The notes: a model not told the origin generated them from the letters alone. A DNA stretch of 64,000 nt from Syntrophomonadaceae bacterium (GCA_003554615.1 PWGX01000053.1:113-64112), one strand, 5' to 3'. Counted from the first letter of the stretch, positions 39,056 to 51,818 are shown. Made by a program: numbers and translations.

Positions 39056-39424
39056 CTAGAAGTTTAACCCGGCTTCGCGGGCCCCGTCGGCCAGCTCTTT
39101 TACTCTGCCGTGATAGAGGTAACCGCCCCGGTCAAAAATGACATCTTTAATGCCCTTGTCCACGGCCCTGTTGGCAAGCAGCACCCCAACCTTGCGGGCG
39201 GCTTCGCGATTACCGCCATGATCCAACTCCGAACGCAGCTGCGAATCAAGGCTGGAAGCGGCAACCAGGGTTTCTCCCGATTGATCATCAATCACCTGGG
39301 CATAAATATGTTTGCTGCTCCGGAAAACATTTAACCGGGGGCGCTCCGGTGCCCCGTAGACCTTGGTCCGGACCCTGCGGTGACGTTTTTTCCGGTTGAT
39401 TTGACGTGATTTTACTTTAAGCAC
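39056..39424 (-). CDS. rplR: 50S ribosomal protein L18
   Basis: [12 protein letters not shown]...[19 protein letters not shown]. Confidence 0.97.
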   Translation of the reverse strand: MLKVKSRQINRKKRHRRVRTKVYGAPERPRLNVFRSSKHIYAQVIDDQSGETLVAASSLDSQLRSELDHGGNREAARKVGVLLANRAVDKGIKDVIFDRGGYLYHGRVKELADGAREAGLNF

Positions 39425-39444
39425 TATTTTACACCTCCAGGCGA

Positions 39445-39981
39445 CTATTTGCCCGCTTTACCCGCTTTTTGGCGGACTTGTTCATTTTCATAACGAATAC
39501 CCTTGCCCTTGTAAGGTTCGGGCGGATAGGTCCTGCGAATTACCGCGGCCAGATTGCCTACCTGCTGCTTATCGATACCTTTTACAATAATCTTGGTGGG
39601 ACTGGGCACTTCAATTTCCATATCTTTACCGGGAGTAAAAACAACCGGATGGGCAAAACCCATATTCAATACCAGTTTATTGCTCTCCATTGCCGCCCTG
39701 TAACCTACACCTACCAGCTCCAGGTTGCAGCTGTAACCTTCGGTAACCCCGTTGATCATGTTGGCGATCAGGGTCCGGGTTAGGCCGTGCAGGGACTTGT
39801 GTTCAGGGTTTTCAGTTGGGCGCTTGACATGGATCAAGCCTCCCTCCTGTTCAACAATCATATCCCGGTGCAACTCCCTTGAGAGCTGGCCTTTGGGTCC
39901 TGTAACGGTTATGTAATTTCCTTCAAACTGTACCTGGACCTTTTCCGGTACAGCAACAGGCTTTTTACCGGTTCGAGACAT
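39445..39981 (-). CDS. rplF: 50S ribosomal protein L6
   Basis: [17 protein letters not shown]...[13 protein letters not shown]. Confidence 0.97.
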   Translation of the reverse strand: MSRTGKKPVAVPEKVQVQFEGNYITVTGPKGQLSRELHRDMIVEQEGGLIHVKRPTENPEHKSLHGLTRTLIANMINGVTEGYSCNLELVGVGYRAAMESNKLVLNMGFAHPVVFTPGKDMEIEVPSPTKIIVKGIDKQQVGNLAAVIRRTYPPEPYKGKGIRYENEQVRQKAGKAGK

Positions 39982-40001
39982 CGGTAATCCTCCTCGCTAT
40001 G

Positions 40002-40397
40002 CTACCATATATAGCACAATACTTCGCCGCCGCTGCCCGTTTCCCGGGCCTGGCGATCACTCATCAAACCCTGGGAGGTGGAAATAACTGCTATCCCCAT
40101 CCCGCCCAGGACCTTGGGCAGTTCATCTTTTTTCACATACACCCTCAAGCCGGGTTTGCTGATCCTTTTCAGGCCGCTGATAATTTTCTCCTGGTTCGGA
40201 CCATACTTCAGATGAACCCGCAAAATGCCTTGTTTATTGTCCTTGATAAATTCGTAATCTTTAATAAACCCTTCCTGCTTTAAAATATTAGCGATGGACC
40301 GCTTTACATTTGAAGCAGGAATCTCCATAGTTTTATGCCGCACATTATTGGCATTACGCACTCGTGTCAGCATATCGGCAATCGGATCTGTCATCAT
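40002..40397 (-). CDS. rpsH: 30S ribosomal protein S8
   Basis: [17 protein letters not shown]. Start set to the first ATG (40397); the TTG in the ORF track abuts the GGAGG. Confidence 0.95.
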   Translation of the reverse strand: MMTDPIADMLTRVRNANNVRHKTMEIPASNVKRSIANILKQEGFIKDYEFIKDNKQGILRVHLKYGPNQEKIISGLKRISKPGLRVYVKKDELPKVLGGMGIAVISTSQGLMSDRQARETGSGGEVLCYIW

Positions 40398-40431
40398 AGG
40401 CAGTAACAACCTCCTCTCATTCTTTCATCAT

Positions 40432-40617
40432 CTACCAGCTGGCTTTTTTTATTCCTGGAATTTTCCCTTCGTTGGCCAGATGACGAAAGCAAAGGCGGCA
40501 CAGGCCGAATTTCCGCAAGTAAGCCCTCGAGCGGCCACAAATGTAACAGCGGTTATATGCACGGACCGAAAATTTAGGCTTTCTCTTGGCCTTGGCAACT
40601 AACGATTTCTTGGCCAT
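40432..40617 (-). CDS. rpsN: 30S ribosomal protein S14 type Z (zinc-binding, 61 aa)
   Basis: [22 protein letters not shown] carries CxxC...CxxC. This is the short form typical of the spc operon. Confidence 0.97.
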   Translation of the reverse strand: MAKKSLVAKAKRKPKFSVRAYNRCYICGRSRAYLRKFGLCRLCFRHLANEGKIPGIKKASW

Positions 40618-40651
40618 CCTTTCCCTCCTTAAAATAACGCTTAAGCTTTAA

Positions 40652-41194
40652 CTAGGCCGCCCTGAAGGGCATGCCCATCAAGGTTAAAAGCTCGCGTGCT
40701 TCTTCATCGGTCTCGGCGGTGGTAACAATAGTGATATCCATGCCGAGCACTCTCTCCACTTGACTGTACTCAATTTCGGGAAAAATCAACTGTTCCTTGA
40801 TCCCATAGGTAAAGTTGCCCCGCCCATCAAAGGAATGCGGCGATATGCCTCTAAAGTCCCTGACCCTGGGCAGGGCTATGCTAAAAAGTTTATCCAGGAA
40901 ATCATACATCCTGACCCCGCGCAGGGTCAGTTTGCATCCAATCGGATTGCCTTCACGGACTTTAAAGCTGGCCACAGAGCGGCGAGCCCTGGTTATAATC
41001 GGCTTCTGGCCGGTTATGAGCGAGAGATCGTTAACCGCTGCATCCAGTATTTTCGGGTTATCTTTACCTTCACCCAGGCCCATGTTAATAACTATTTTTT
41101 CGATCCGCGGTGCCTGCAGAGTATTTTTGTATTCAAACCGTTTCACGAGTGCGGGCCTTACTTCTTCAAGGTATTTCTGCTTCAATCGTGACAT
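40652..41194 (-). CDS. rplE: 50S ribosomal protein L5
   Basis: [24 protein letters not shown]... Confidence 0.97.
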   Translation of the reverse strand: MSRLKQKYLEEVRPALVKRFEYKNTLQAPRIEKIVINMGLGEGKDNPKILDAAVNDLSLITGQKPIITRARRSVASFKVREGNPIGCKLTLRGVRMYDFLDKLFSIALPRVRDFRGISPHSFDGRGNFTYGIKEQLIFPEIEYSQVERVLGMDITIVTTAETDEEARELLTLMGMPFRAA

Positions 41195-41214
41195 ATTGAT
41201 CTCTTTAACCCTCC

Positions 41215-41544
41215 TTACTTATCCAGCGATTCGCCGCATTTCCGACAAGCCCGGACCCGGCTGTTATCGGGAAGAGTTTTCTTGGCTACCCGGGTTGGCC
41301 TGTTGCAGGAAGGGCAGATAGGCAAAACTCTTGAAGCTGGAAATTCGGCTTCCATTTCCCTGATCCCCCCCTGGGGAACCCTGCGGGTCGGCTTGGCATG
41401 TTTCTTAATAATATTGAGTCCTTCCACTTTTACCCGGCCAAGACGGGGAAAAGTGGCGATCACCTTACCTTTTTTTCCTTTATCTTTGCCGGAAAGGACC
41501 AGTACTTTATCTCCCCGGCGAACAGGTAATTTTTTCATTTCCAC
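41215..41544 (-). CDS. rplX: 50S ribosomal protein L24 (with C-terminal Cys4 ribbon)
   Basis: [20 protein letters not shown] is a KOW motif, and the C-terminal [11 protein letters not shown]...ACRKCG is a Cys4 ribbon. The start may be GTG 41544 or ATG 41538. Confidence 0.95.
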   Translation of the reverse strand: MEMKKLPVRRGDKVLVLSGKDKGKKGKVIATFPRLGRVKVEGLNIIKKHAKPTRRVPQGGIREMEAEFPASRVLPICPSCNRPTRVAKKTLPDNSRVRACRKCGESLDK

Positions 41545-41573
41545 CGCTTATTCGCCACCTCCAAAATGAACTG

Positions 41574-41942
41574 CTAAATTACTTCCGGGGCAAGGGAAAC
41601 GATTTTCATAAAATCCTGTTCCCTCAGCTCGCGGGCCACGGGACCAAAAATCCGGGTACCCCGCGGATTATTCAGTTCATTTATTATTACAGCTGCATTC
41701 TCATCGAAATTGATATGGGACCCGTCTCTGCGGTTTAATTGACTTTTTGTGCGAACGATAACCGCCCGGACAATATCGCCTTTTTTTACTACTCCGCCGG
41801 GAGTAGCCTCTTTTACCGAACCGATAATGATGTCGCCGATCCGGCCCGCTTTGCGCTTTGATCCGCCCAGGACCCTGATGCACAAGATCTTTTTCGCTCC
41901 CGAGTTATCAGCTACCCTTAACATACTCTCAGTTTGAATCAT
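41574..41942 (-). CDS. rplN: 50S ribosomal protein L14
   Basis: [30 protein letters not shown] 41942 lies 5-6 nt after AAAGGAGAGG. Confidence 0.96.
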   Translation of the reverse strand: MIQTESMLRVADNSGAKKILCIRVLGGSKRKAGRIGDIIIGSVKEATPGGVVKKGDIVRAVIVRTKSQLNRRDGSHINFDENAAVIINELNNPRGTRIFGPVARELREQDFMKIVSLAPEVI

Positions 41943-41992
41943 CGTTGCCTCTCCTTTCATCCCTTCCCGACAGGCTTTTCGGAAAGAGAATC

Positions 41993-42247
41993 CTACAGCC
42001 TCGATTTACGCATGATCTCCACCAGCTGCCATCTTTTATCTTTGCTAATGGGCCTGGTTTCCATCATTTTTACTATATCGCCTACTCGGGTCTCGTTTGC
42101 TTCGTCATGCATTTTATACTTCTTAGTCCGACGAATAATTTTCCCATATAACGGATGGCGGGTTACCCTTTCTACTGCCACAACTCTTGTTTTATCCATT
42201 TTGTCGCTGATTACCCGGCCGTTCCGCACTTTACCTTTAATAGTCAA
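41993..42247 (-). CDS. rpsQ: 30S ribosomal protein S17
   Basis: [18 protein letters not shown]...[22 protein letters not shown] start 9 nt after GGGAGG. Confidence 0.96.
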   Translation of the reverse strand: MTIKGKVRNGRVISDKMDKTRVVAVERVTRHPLYGKIIRRTKKYKMHDEANETRVGDIVKMMETRPISKDKRWQLVEIMRKSRL

Positions 42248-42275
42248 ACCGATGGGCCTCCCTTCCTATTCAAAC

Positions 42276-42467
42276 TCAGCTAAGGGCCCGTTCCCGGAGC
42301 ACGGTTTTAACCCGGGCAATATCACGGCGGACCTCTTTAATACGCATCACATTATCCAGCTGACCGGTGGCTTGCTGGAAACGCAGGTTAAAAAGCTCTT
42401 CTTTTAACTCTTTTACTTTATCCTCCAGCTCCTGCTCGTTAAGCTCTTGAACTTCTTTTATTTTCAT
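42276..42467 (-). CDS. rpmC: 50S ribosomal protein L29
   Basis: [20 protein letters not shown]. Its start overlaps the rplP stop. Confidence 0.96.
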   Translation of the reverse strand: MKIKEVQELNEQELEDKVKELKEELFNLRFQQATGQLDNVMRIKEVRRDIARVKTVLRERALS

Positions 42468-42892
42468 TCGGATCCACCACCTGCTTCAGCTCGTTTTACA
42501 ACCTTGGTTTTGATTGGCAATTTATTGGCAGCCAGACGCAGGGCTTCTTTTGCCACATCTTCACCTACACCGGCCAGTTCAAACATCACCCGGCCCGGCT
42601 TGACCACTGCCACCCAGTATTCGGGCGAACCTTTACCTTTACCCATCCGGGTTTCAGCCGGCTTTTCAGTTACCGGTTTATCCGGAAAAATGTTAATCCA
42701 CACTTTTCCGCCTCGCTTAATCGACCTGGTCATGGCAATTCGGGCTGCCTCTATCTGCTGGCTGGTAACCCATGACGGTTCCAGCGCCTGGAGCCCGTAT
42801 TCACCAAATTGGACCATCGTGCCGCCTTTAGATCGCCCCTTCATGCGTCCGCGATGCTGGCGGCGGTATTTTACCCGCTTAGGCATTAACAT
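42464..42892 (-). CDS. rplP: 50S ribosomal protein L16
   Basis: [19 protein letters not shown]. Confidence 0.97.
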   Translation of the reverse strand: MLMPKRVKYRRQHRGRMKGRSKGGTMVQFGEYGLQALEPSWVTSQQIEAARIAMTRSIKRGGKVWINIFPDKPVTEKPAETRMGKGKGSPEYWVAVVKPGRVMFELAGVGEDVAKEALRLAANKLPIKTKVVKRAEAGGGSE

Positions 42893-43559
42893 TTGCGTTT
42901 ACCTCCTCTGCAGGTTTTTCTTCACCGGGTTTCGGGGGCAGTATTTCACCCTTATAGATCCAAACTTTGACCCCGATCCGCCCGTAAGTTGTCTTAGCTT
43001 CCACAAATCCGTAATCTATATCTGCGCGTAAAGTCTGCAGAGGGACCGTTCCTTCGTGATAAGTTTCATTGCGGGCCATTTCGGCTCCGCCAAGCCTGCC
43101 GCTGCAGGAAATCCTTACTCCTTTGGCTCCGTTTCGCATGGTCCGGAAAATAGCCTGTTTCATCGCTCTCCTGAAAGCAATACGCCTTTCAAGCTGGGAG
43201 GCAATGCTCTCGGCTACTAACTTTGCATCCATCTCGGGCTTTTTGATTTCAATGATGTTCAGGTGCACTTTTTTATCCGTCATCTTTTCCAGGTCTTTGC
43301 GCAAACTTTCGACACCGGTACCTCCTCGGCCGATGACCATCCCCGGTTTAGCGGTGTGAATATTAATCCGAACATTGTTGGCGGCCCTTTCTATCTCAAT
43401 GCGCGACACGGAAGAATTTACCAGCCTGTTTTGGATAAAGTCCCGAATCTGTAAATCTTCATAAAGCTGGTCTCTATAGTTCTTGCTTGAGAACCATCTT
43501 GCATCCCAGTCACGGATTACTCCGATCCGGAAACCGATGGGGTTAACTTTTTGTCCCAC
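42879..43559 (-). CDS. rpsC: 30S ribosomal protein S3
   Basis: [22 protein letters not shown]. Confidence 0.97.
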   Translation of the reverse strand: MGQKVNPIGFRIGVIRDWDARWFSSKNYRDQLYEDLQIRDFIQNRLVNSSVSRIEIERAANNVRINIHTAKPGMVIGRGGTGVESLRKDLEKMTDKKVHLNIIEIKKPEMDAKLVAESIASQLERRIAFRRAMKQAIFRTMRNGAKGVRISCSGRLGGAEMARNETYHEGTVPLQTLRADIDYGFVEAKTTYGRIGVKVWIYKGEILPPKPGEEKPAEEVNANVNA

Positions 43560-43561
43560 GT

Positions 43562-43903
43562 CTAAACCCCCTTTCTTTCTTTTACTATAACCGTAATATG
43601 GCTGGTTCTTTTCAAAATCAAGTTTCGTCTGCCCCTGGCCCGCGGCTGGACCCTCTTCATGGTGGGTCCTTCATCGACATAAGCTTGATCGATATACAAC
43701 GAGCCCCGGTTCATCTCATGATTAAATTCAGCGTTTGCCGCCGCAGAATTGACCAACTTGGCTACCGGGTCTGCCGCGCCCCGCGGCGTATAACGCAGTA
43801 TGCTCAAAGCTTCGTCAAGGTCTTTATTCCTGATCATATCAATTACAATTCTCACTTTGCGCGGCGCAACGCGTACATATCGAGCCTTAGCTTTTGCTTC
43901 CAT
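43562..43903 (-). CDS. rplV: 50S ribosomal protein L22
   Basis: [25 protein letters not shown]. Confidence 0.97.
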   Translation of the reverse strand: MEAKAKARYVRVAPRKVRIVIDMIRNKDLDEALSILRYTPRGAADPVAKLVNSAAANAEFNHEMNRGSLYIDQAYVDEGPTMKRVQPRARGRRNLILKRTSHITVIVKERKGV

Positions 43904-43925
43904 AAATCATCCTGCCTCCTCTGCT

Positions 43926-44210
43926 CTACTTAATGGTAGTAGAGCGTTCGGTATGGTGCCCGTGCCCCCGGAAGGTTCGGGTCGGGGCAAATTCGCCCAG
44001 CTTATGTCCAACCATGTCTTCGCTGATAAAGATCGGCACATGCCGCCTGCCGTCATGAACTGCAATCGTATGTCCAACCATTTCAGGAAAAATAGTAGAA
44101 CGACGGGACCAGGTTTTGACAACCTTCTTTTCTCCCTTTTCGCTCATCCGTTCAATTTTTTTCATTAAACTGGCCTCTACATAGGGGCCTTTTTTCAGTG
44201 AACGCGCCAC
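43926..44210 (-). CDS. rpsS: 30S ribosomal protein S19
   Basis: (M)[21 protein letters not shown] 44210 lies 9 nt after GGGAGG. Confidence 0.95.
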   Translation of the reverse strand: MARSLKKGPYVEASLMKKIERMSEKGEKKVVKTWSRRSTIFPEMVGHTIAVHDGRRHVPIFISEDMVGHKLGEFAPTRTFRGHGHHTERSTTIK

Positions 44211-44281
44211 TTTAAACAACCTCCCTTTAAGCCGTCATTCGGGTAAATTCCTGCCAACTCAGGATTCTTCCCTCCAAACAG

Positions 44282-45112
44282 CTACTTCTTGCGACGGCGG
44301 ACAATGTACTTGTCAGATTCTTTCTTTTTCCGCCGGGTCTTGTATCCCAGGGTCGGTTTGCCCCAGGGAGTCACCGGACTGGGTAATCCAATCGGCGCCC
44401 TGCCTTCACCACCACCATGGGGGTGATCGCAGGGGTTCATAACCGAACCCCGGACCGTCGGCCTTCTGCCCTGCCAGCGTCCGCGCCCGGCTTTTCCAAT
44501 AGTCAGGTTTTCATGTTCCACGTTGCCTATCTGGCCCACTGTTGCCCGGCAATCCAGGGGAACCAGGCGCACTTCGCCCGAAGGCAGCCTTAAATGAGCC
44601 ATTTTACCCTCCTTGGCCGCCAGCTGAGCAGCAGTTCCGGCCGACCGGGCCAGCTGTCCGCCGGCACCCTGTTTCATTTCGATATTGTGGATAAATGTTC
44701 CCACCGGTATCGAGCGCAGGGGCATGGCATTCCCGGGCCTTACCTCTACCTTGTTCCCGGAGATAACCTTTTGTCCGGTCCGAAGCCCCATCGGGGCCAG
44801 GATATAGCGTTTTTCTCCATCGACATATTGCAGTAAAGCTATGTGTGCTGTCCGGTTCGGGTCGTACTCAATCCCCGCTACCTTCGCCGGAACATTATCT
44901 TTATCACGTTTAAAATCAATAATCCTGTAGCTCCGCTTGTGGCCGCCGCCCCGATGACGGACTGTCATCCTGCCGTAAGCATTCCGCCCGGCTTTTTTAT
45001 ATAGTGGCGCCAACAGCGACTTTTCCGGCTTTTTCCTGGTTATTTCTTCAAAAGTCGATACGGTGGCAAACCGCCGCCCCGGTGAAGTAGGTTTGAAACG
45101 TTTTACAGCCAT
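44282..45112 (-). CDS. rplB: 50S ribosomal protein L2
   Basis: [14 protein letters not shown]...[14 protein letters not shown]. Confidence 0.98.
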   Translation of the reverse strand: MAVKRFKPTSPGRRFATVSTFEEITRKKPEKSLLAPLYKKAGRNAYGRMTVRHRGGGHKRSYRIIDFKRDKDNVPAKVAGIEYDPNRTAHIALLQYVDGEKRYILAPMGLRTGQKVISGNKVEVRPGNAMPLRSIPVGTFIHNIEMKQGAGGQLARSAGTAAQLAAKEGKMAHLRLPSGEVRLVPLDCRATVGQIGNVEHENLTIGKAGRGRWQGRRPTVRGSVMNPCDHPHGGGEGRAPIGLPSPVTPWGKPTLGYKTRRKKKESDKYIVRRRKK

Positions 45113-45130
45113 TGCAGTGTTCCCTCCTTC

Positions 45131-45427
45131 TTAGCGGCTTTCAAACAGCTCGATCGGTTTGCTGCCTTCGGCCAGAGTAATAATTGCCTTTTTCCAGGCG
45201 GGCTGTTTCCCTTCCGGAAAGCGGCCCAGACGTTTCATTTTGCCCTTGTAGTTAGCGGTGTTCACCGATTTTACCTGAACGTTAAAAATTTCTTCAAGGG
45301 CCTGTTTAATCTCAATTTTGTTCGCTTTGCCGGATACGACAAAAGTATACTTGTTCTCTTCTATGAGTTCGGTCGATTTTTCGCTAATCAGCGGACGGAT
45401 AATAACATCCCTGGGTTCTTTTTTCAT
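45131..45427 (-). CDS. rplW: 50S ribosomal protein L23
   Basis: [13 protein letters not shown]...KYTFVV. Confidence 0.96.
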   Translation of the reverse strand: MKKEPRDVIIRPLISEKSTELIEENKYTFVVSGKANKIEIKQALEEIFNVQVKSVNTANYKGKMKRLGRFPEGKQPAWKKAIITLAEGSKPIELFESR

Positions 45428-46050
45428 CCGCCAAACACCTCCTCAACCTGCTGCAGCGCGTCCCTGCTCATAACCAGGTAGTTGTGATTTAGAATATCGA
45501 GCACATTCAACTGCCGGGCCAAAATAGTTCTTACCCTCGGCAGGTTGCGGGCTGCCTTGATCACATTGATATCAGGCTGAGCGTTGACTACCAGCACTCC
45601 TCCGCCTACTTTCAGGTGCTCGAGCATGGCCACCATTTGTTTTGTTTTCGGAGCGTCGATTGCAAAATCATCAACTACAACCAGCTTACCTTCATTGAAC
45701 TTGTCGCTTAATGCCGATTTAAGGGCGGCCCGGCGCATCTTTTTAGGCACCGCTTTTTTATAATCGCGCGGCTTGGGGCCGAAAGTTACTCCACCCCCGA
45801 CCCAAATCGGTGATCTGATACTGCCGTGGCGGGCCCTGCCGGTCCCTTTTTGCGGCCACGGCTTATCTCCGCCGCCCCTTACTTCGCTGCGGTCTTTAGT
45901 TGAAGCCGTACCCTGCCGGCGTCTTGCCGCCTGCGAGACAGCCGTCTGATAGAGAGCTCCTTTATTCAACGGCGCCCCAAAAAGGCTCGCCTGGACTTCT
46001 ATCTCGTCCACCTGCTCGCCGTCTCTATTGTATAGCGATAATTTAGGCAT
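45424..46050 (-). CDS. rplD: 50S ribosomal protein L4
   Basis: [25 protein letters not shown]. Confidence 0.97.
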   Translation of the reverse strand: MPKLSLYNRDGEQVDEIEVQASLFGAPLNKGALYQTAVSQAARRRQGTASTKDRSEVRGGGDKPWPQKGTGRARHGSIRSPIWVGGGVTFGPKPRDYKKAVPKKMRRAALKSALSDKFNEGKLVVVDDFAIDAPKTKQMVAMLEHLKVGGGVLVVNAQPDINVIKAARNLPRVRTILARQLNVLDILNHNYLVMSRDALQQVEEVFGG

Positions 46051-46075
46051 ATTCAGGGCATCTCCTTTCCTTTGG

Positions 46076-46714
46076 CTATCCGCTTACTTTCTTTTTAACA
46101 GATTCTCTGACTTCTACCAGGCCGCCCCTGGGGCCGGGTACAGAACCTTTAACCAGTAATATATTCTTTTCGCCGTCAGATTCCACAACATTCAAGTTCT
46201 GGACAGTCCGCCTCCATGCGCCCATCCGGCCGGGAAGCGGGCGTCCCTTGAAAACCCGGGCCGCGTTGACTGAGCCCAAAGAACCGGGGCCGCGGTAGTA
46301 ATGCGAACCGTGAGTTTTGGGCCCTCTGCCAAATCCCATTTTCTTAATCGAACCGGCAAAACCCTTACCCCGGGCTGTAGCGCTGACATCAATAGAGTCT
46401 CCGGCGGAAAAACTGTCCGCCTTTATCTCCTGCCCGACGCTGTATTCACTGGAATCGTCAACCCTGACTTCCCGCAAATACTTCTGGGGCTTCACACCTG
46501 CCCGCTTAAAATGACCTTTCTGCGGGCGGTTAACCCGATTTTCTTTTTTTTCGACAAACCCCAGCTGGATGCTGTTATAACCATCTTTGTCCATGCTCTT
46601 AACCTGGACCACCCGGCACGGGCCAGCTTCCAGAACTGTTACCGGGATTACCCGGCTCTGTTCATCAAAGACCTGGGTCATCCCCACTTTGCGCGCCAAT
46701 ATTGCTTTAGTCAT
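46076..46714 (-). CDS. rplC: 50S ribosomal protein L3
   Basis: ILARKVGMTQVFDE...TARGKGFAG. Confidence 0.97.
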   Translation of the reverse strand: MTKAILARKVGMTQVFDEQSRVIPVTVLEAGPCRVVQVKSMDKDGYNSIQLGFVEKKENRVNRPQKGHFKRAGVKPQKYLREVRVDDSSEYSVGQEIKADSFSAGDSIDVSATARGKGFAGSIKKMGFGRGPKTHGSHYYRGPGSLGSVNAARVFKGRPLPGRMGAWRRTVQNLNVVESDGEKNILLVKGSVPGPRGGLVEVRESVKKKVSG

Positions 46715-46740
46715 TATCGTAAGGCACCTCCGTCTATCAC

Positions 46741-47049
46741 TTAGAGCTTAATCTCAATGTCCACACCGGCGGGCAAATCAAGCCTCATCAAAGCGTCGAT
46801 CGTCTTCGGTGCCGGTTCGAAAATATCAATCAGACGTTTATGAGTGCGCATTTCGAATTGCTCCCGGGAATCTTTATATTTATGCGGCGCCCGAATAACA
46901 GTGTAAAGGCTTCTCTCTGTCGGTAAAGGAACGGGCCCGGAAACATCGGCCCCCGTACGGCGCGCCGTCTCAACAATTTTACCGGCAGACTGGTCCAGCA
47001 GGTGGTGATCGAAAGCTCTCAATCTGATCCTGATTTTTTGGTTGGCCAT
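46741..47049 (-). CDS. rpsJ: 30S ribosomal protein S10
   Basis: [24 protein letters not shown] 47049 lies 8 nt after AAGGAGG. Confidence 0.96.
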   Translation of the reverse strand: MANQKIRIRLRAFDHHLLDQSAGKIVETARRTGADVSGPVPLPTERSLYTVIRAPHKYKDSREQFEMRTHKRLIDIFEPAPKTIDALMRLDLPAGVDIEIKL

Positions 47050-47161
47050 GGACAAATCCTCCTTATCGCCTGATTAAATCAGAGCTGCTCCGCAAAAATT
47101 ACCCGGCCCAAGGTCGGCAACCTTTTGCTTCATCGCTTAATCATGACATTGTATTTATAAT

Positions 47162-48364
47162 TTATTCATAGATCGAGGTGACTACTCCGGCGCCGACGGT
47201 GCGTCCGCCTTCACGGATTGCAAAGCGCACTCCCTCTTCAATAGCGATCGGGGTAATCAGCTCAATATCCATGTTCACATTGTCGCCCGGCATAACCATT
47301 TCCATGCCTTCGGGCAGCGTAATGGTCCCGGTAACATCGGTGGTGCGGAAGTAAAACTGCGGACGGTAACCCTGGAAAAATGGGGTGTGACGGCCGCCCT
47401 CTTCCTTCTTCAATACATACACTTCCGCCCCAAACTTGGTGTGCGGGTTGATCGAACCCGGCTTGGCTACTACCTGGCCCCTTTGAACCGACTCCCGGTC
47501 TATACCGCGCAATAAAACTCCAATGTTGTCACCCGCTTCGGCATAGTCCAACAGCTTGCGGAACATCTCCACACCGGTGGCCACCGTCTTGCGGGGCTTT
47601 TCCTCAAAACCAATAATCTCCACTTCATCGCCAACTTTAATCTGGCCGCGCTCTACCCGGCCGGTAACCACCGTGCCGCGGCCGGTAATCGAAAATACGT
47701 CCTCGATCGGCATGATAAAGGGCTTGTCTTTCTGACGCTCGGGCATGGGAATGTAATCGTCCAGGGCATTCATCAGCTCCCAGATCACATTGCAGTCATC
47801 ACATTCCACGTTGCCGCAGCCACAATCAAGAGTCTTGAGCGCCGAACCGGTGATCACCGGGGTGTCGTCACCGGGAAACTCGTATTCATTCAAAAGGTCC
47901 CTGACTTCCATCTCCACTAATTCCAAAAGCTCAGGGTCATCAACCATATCCGCCTTGTTCAAAAAAACCACTATGCTCGGAACTCCTACCTGACGGGACA
48001 GCAAAATATGCTCCCGCGTCTGCGGCATCGGACCGTCCGCAGCAGATACCACCAGAATCGCACCGTCCATCTGGGCCGCCCCGGTAATCATGTTCTTCAC
48101 ATAGTCCGCGTGACCGGGACAGTCTACATGGGCATAGTGACGGTGATCCGTCTCATATTCCACGTGCGCCGTCGCGATCGTTATGCCGCGCTCCTTCTCC
48201 TCCGGCGCCTTGTCAATCATGTCAAACGAGGTCTTCTGCGCATAACCCTTGTTCGCCAAACAATAGGTCATCGCCGCCGTCAATGTCGTCTTGCCATGGT
48301 CCACGTGACCAATCGTCCCTACGTTCACATGCGGTTTCGTCCGCTCAAACTTCTGCTTCGCCAA
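47162..48364 (-). CDS. tuf: Elongation factor Tu (copy downstream of fusA), with CxCx4CxxC insertion in domain I
   Basis: [15 protein letters not shown] and NKAD motifs. 400 aa. Contains a [12 protein letters not shown] segment at residues 180-191. Confidence 0.98.
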   Translation of the reverse strand: MAKQKFERTKPHVNVGTIGHVDHGKTTLTAAMTYCLANKGYAQKTSFDMIDKAPEEKERGITIATAHVEYETDHRHYAHVDCPGHADYVKNMITGAAQMDGAILVVSAADGPMPQTREHILLSRQVGVPSIVVFLNKADMVDDPELLELVEMEVRDLLNEYEFPGDDTPVITGSALKTLDCGCGNVECDDCNVIWELMNALDDYIPMPERQKDKPFIMPIEDVFSITGRGTVVTGRVERGQIKVGDEVEIIGFEEKPRKTVATGVEMFRKLLDYAEAGDNIGVLLRGIDRESVQRGQVVAKPGSINPHTKFGAEVYVLKKEEGGRHTPFFQGYRPQFYFRTTDVTGTITLPEGMEMVMPGDNVNMDIELITPIAIEEGVRFAIREGGRTVGAGVVTSIYE

Positions 48365-48379
48365 CTAAATGCACCTCCA

Positions 48380-50497
48380 CTATTGATAAGCAATACTTTG
48401 ATTAATTAATTTTTGAGCAATGCTCTGGGGAACCTCTTCATAACGGTAAAACTCCATATTGTAAACACCGCGCCCCTGGGTGTGAGAACGCAATTCAGTG
48501 GCGTATCCAAATACCTCGGAGAGCGGAACTACTCCCCGCACTATTTGCTGGCCGCCTTTTGGCTCAGTGCCAAGGATCCGGCCTCTCCGCCCGGTTAAAT
48601 CGCCAATAATATCGCCAAGATACTCTTCCGGCGCTGAAATTTCAATTTTCATAACCGGTTCCAGGAGCACCGGTTTTGCCTTTGACATAGCCGTTTTAAA
48701 AGCCTTGGAAGCGGCAATCCGGAAAGCAAGCTCCGATGAGTCAACCTCGTGGAAAGAACCGTCCACCAGCACTGTTTTGACATCGACAACCGGGTATCCG
48801 GCCAGTACACCATTGTGGGCGGCCTCCATGACTCCATCTTCAACGGCCGGGATAAAGTCTTTCGGAATCGCCCCGCCGACAATTTTATTATCAAATACAA
48901 GGCCTCCACCGGGCTCAAGCGGTTCCAGTTCGATTTTGACATGCCCGTACTGTCCGCGGCCGCCGGACTGACGGATAAAACGCCCTTCGGCGACGACATC
49001 GCCCTGGACGGTTTCTTTGTAGGCAACCTGAGGTTTGCCCACATTAGCCTGGACTTTGAACTCCCGCAGAAGGCGATCAACAATAATTTCGAGGTGGAGT
49101 TCTCCCATCCCCGAAATTATTGTTTGGCCGGTTTCGTTGTCGGTATAGATCTGGAAGGTCGGATCTTCTTCAGCCAGATGCTGCATGGAAACCGTCATCT
49201 TGTCCTGGTCGGCTTTTGTTTTCGGCTCGATGGCAATTGAGATGACCGGTTCCGGGAACTTGATATTTTCTAAGACAATCGGTTTATCCATTGCACAGAG
49301 GGATTCCCCGGTGCTGATTTCCTTCGGTCCGGCCAGGGCCAGGATGTCGCCGGTTTTGGCTTCTTCAATCTCTTCCCTGAAGTTGGCATGCATCCTGATC
49401 AGCCTGCTCACACGCTGGCGCTCCTGCCGGGTGGCGTTGTAAACGACAGAACCCTTTTTCAAGGTGCCTGAATAAACCCGGGCAAAAGCCAGCTTGCCGA
49501 CATAGGGATCGACCATGATTTTAAATACCAGGGCGGAAAAAGGTGCATCATTGGCGGGAAGGCGAAAATCCTCTTCCCCGCTTTTTGGGTTAAACCCTTT
49601 AACCGCTCCCACTTCTACCGGGGAAGGAAGGTAGTTGATCACTGCGTCAAGCAGGGGCTGAACACCCTTGTTGCGATACGAAGAGCCACAGAGCACCGGG
49701 ACCAGGTTGTGATGGACCGTCGCTTTGCGCAGGGCCCTGTAACACTCTTCTGCGGTTATATCTTCGCCGTTAAAGTATTTTTCCATCAAGTTGTCGTCGT
49801 AATCGGCGACTGTTTCGAGCAGCTTTTCCCGGTAATCGCTTACCATTTCTTTCATTTCTTCAGGGATCTCGGTTTCATTACTGCGGGTACCGAGATCGTC
49901 TTCATAGGTAATGGCCCGCAGGTTGATCAGGTCGATAACCCCGGCAAAACTGCTTTCTTTGCCAATGGGAAGCTGGATTGGAAGCACCTGGGCCTTAAGC
50001 CTGTCCTTCATCTGCTGCAGGACGCTGAAAAAGTCTGCGCCCACTGTATCCATCTTATTGATATACGCCAGGCGGGGGACATGGTAGCGATCGGCCTGGT
50101 GCCAGACAGTTTCAGACTGGGCTTCTACGCCGCCCTTGGCGCAAAATACGGCAACCACGCCGTCGAGAACCCGCATGGAACGCTCAACTTCTACGGTAAA
50201 GTCCACGTGCCCGGGTGTGTCGATAATATTAATCAAATTATCGCGCCACCGGCAGGACGTAGCGGCTGAAGTTATTGTTATGCCCCGTTCCTGTTCCTGG
50301 GCCATCCAGTCCATGGTCGCTGTCCCGTCATGGACCTCGCCCAACTTGTGGACACGGCCGGAATAAAACAGGATCCTTTCAGTGGTGGTAGTTTTGCCGG
50401 CATCAATATGGGCGGCAATCCCGATGTTCCTGATTTTATCCAGACTCTGTTCAACATTTAATTCTTTTTTTGCTCCGTTTTTTGCTTCTTTGCTCAT
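48380..50497 (-). CDS. fusA: Elongation factor G
   Basis: [30 protein letters not shown]. 705 aa. ATG lies 6 nt after GGAGGGG, giving a ~13-aa Lys-rich N-terminal extension. Confidence 0.98.
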   Translation of the reverse strand: MSKEAKNGAKKELNVEQSLDKIRNIGIAAHIDAGKTTTTERILFYSGRVHKLGEVHDGTATMDWMAQEQERGITITSAATSCRWRDNLINIIDTPGHVDFTVEVERSMRVLDGVVAVFCAKGGVEAQSETVWHQADRYHVPRLAYINKMDTVGADFFSVLQQMKDRLKAQVLPIQLPIGKESSFAGVIDLINLRAITYEDDLGTRSNETEIPEEMKEMVSDYREKLLETVADYDDNLMEKYFNGEDITAEECYRALRKATVHHNLVPVLCGSSYRNKGVQPLLDAVINYLPSPVEVGAVKGFNPKSGEEDFRLPANDAPFSALVFKIMVDPYVGKLAFARVYSGTLKKGSVVYNATRQERQRVSRLIRMHANFREEIEEAKTGDILALAGPKEISTGESLCAMDKPIVLENIKFPEPVISIAIEPKTKADQDKMTVSMQHLAEEDPTFQIYTDNETGQTIISGMGELHLEIIVDRLLREFKVQANVGKPQVAYKETVQGDVVAEGRFIRQSGGRGQYGHVKIELEPLEPGGGLVFDNKIVGGAIPKDFIPAVEDGVMEAAHNGVLAGYPVVDVKTVLVDGSFHEVDSSELAFRIAASKAFKTAMSKAKPVLLEPVMKIEISAPEEYLGDIIGDLTGRRGRILGTEPKGGQQIVRGVVPLSEVFGYATELRSHTQGRGVYNMEFYRYEEVPQSIAQKLINQSIAYQ

Positions 50498-50600
50498 GTC
50501 ACCCCTCCTCTCCTTAAAATTTCGGAACCCTGAACCGTGGCTCCGGTATATAATTTCGAATTTCCATTAACAATCATGATATCTTTAACCATAAAGGTTA

Positions 50601-51077
<477 letters not shown>

Positions 51078-51096
51078 TCACCCACTCCTTACTTAT

Positions 51097-51474
51097 TTAC
51101 TGCGTTTTCGGCTTTTTAGTGCCGTACTTCGAGCGTCCCTGAGCCCTGTTTTCCACCCCGGCTGTATCAAGGGCACCCCTTACCAGGTGGTAACGAACTC
51201 CGGGCAAGTCCTTGACCCGGCCTCCCCTGACCAGGACAACCGAGTGTTCCTGCAGGTTATGTCCGATCCCGGGAATATAGGCTGTCGCTTCAATTCCATT
51301 GGTCAGGCGGACTCTGGCAATTTTCCGCAAGGCTGAATTGGGCTTTTTGGGGGTGGTGGTCGAAACCCTGGTACAAACACCCCTCTTTTGCGGTGAACGA
51401 TCCAGCGCCGGCGCTGTTCTTTTCTTGGTTACCTGCTTACGGCCTTTACGAACTAACTGGTTTATTGTCGGCAT
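51097..51474 (-). CDS. rpsL: 30S ribosomal protein S12
   Basis: [13 protein letters not shown]...[10 protein letters not shown]. Confidence 0.98.
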   Translation of the reverse strand: MPTINQLVRKGRKQVTKKRTAPALDRSPQKRGVCTRVSTTTPKKPNSALRKIARVRLTNGIEATAYIPGIGHNLQEHSVVLVRGGRVKDLPGVRYHLVRGALDTAGVENRAQGRSKYGTKKPKTQ

Positions 51475-51755
51475 TAGTCCACCTCCTTGATTTTTTCCTC
51501 TAAAATGGCAGCTGTTGCTGCTTTAACTTTAATCCCAAACATTTTACCAAGCCGGGCCATCGAATCGACCCGATGCAGATCAATGCCCTTTGCCTCACAG
51601 GCAGATACTACCGGTCGAATCACTTTGTCCTCTGCATCCCCGGCAACGAAAACCCTTTGGGCCTCTCCTTTTTCCAGGGCTTTGAGGGTTTGCTTGGTGC
51701 CTACAACTTTATGCCGGGAACTATTGATCAGATCTTCTGCTACTTGATCTTCCAA
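51474..51755 (-). CDS. L7Ae-family ribosome-associated protein (YbxF-like)
   Basis: [27 protein letters not shown]...[17 protein letters not shown]. It holds the conserved Firmicute position between rpoC and rpsL. The TTG start is uncertain. Confidence 0.85.
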   Translation of the reverse strand: MEDQVAEDLINSSRHKVVGTKQTLKALEKGEAQRVFVAGDAEDKVIRPVVSACEAKGIDLHRVDSMARLGKMFGIKVKAATAAILEEKIKEVD

Positions 51756-51818
51756 AGGAAAGGCTCACCATCCTCTGTTAAAACCTCCCCAGTTAGCGCC
51801 CCTAAGGCGCACTTTAAG

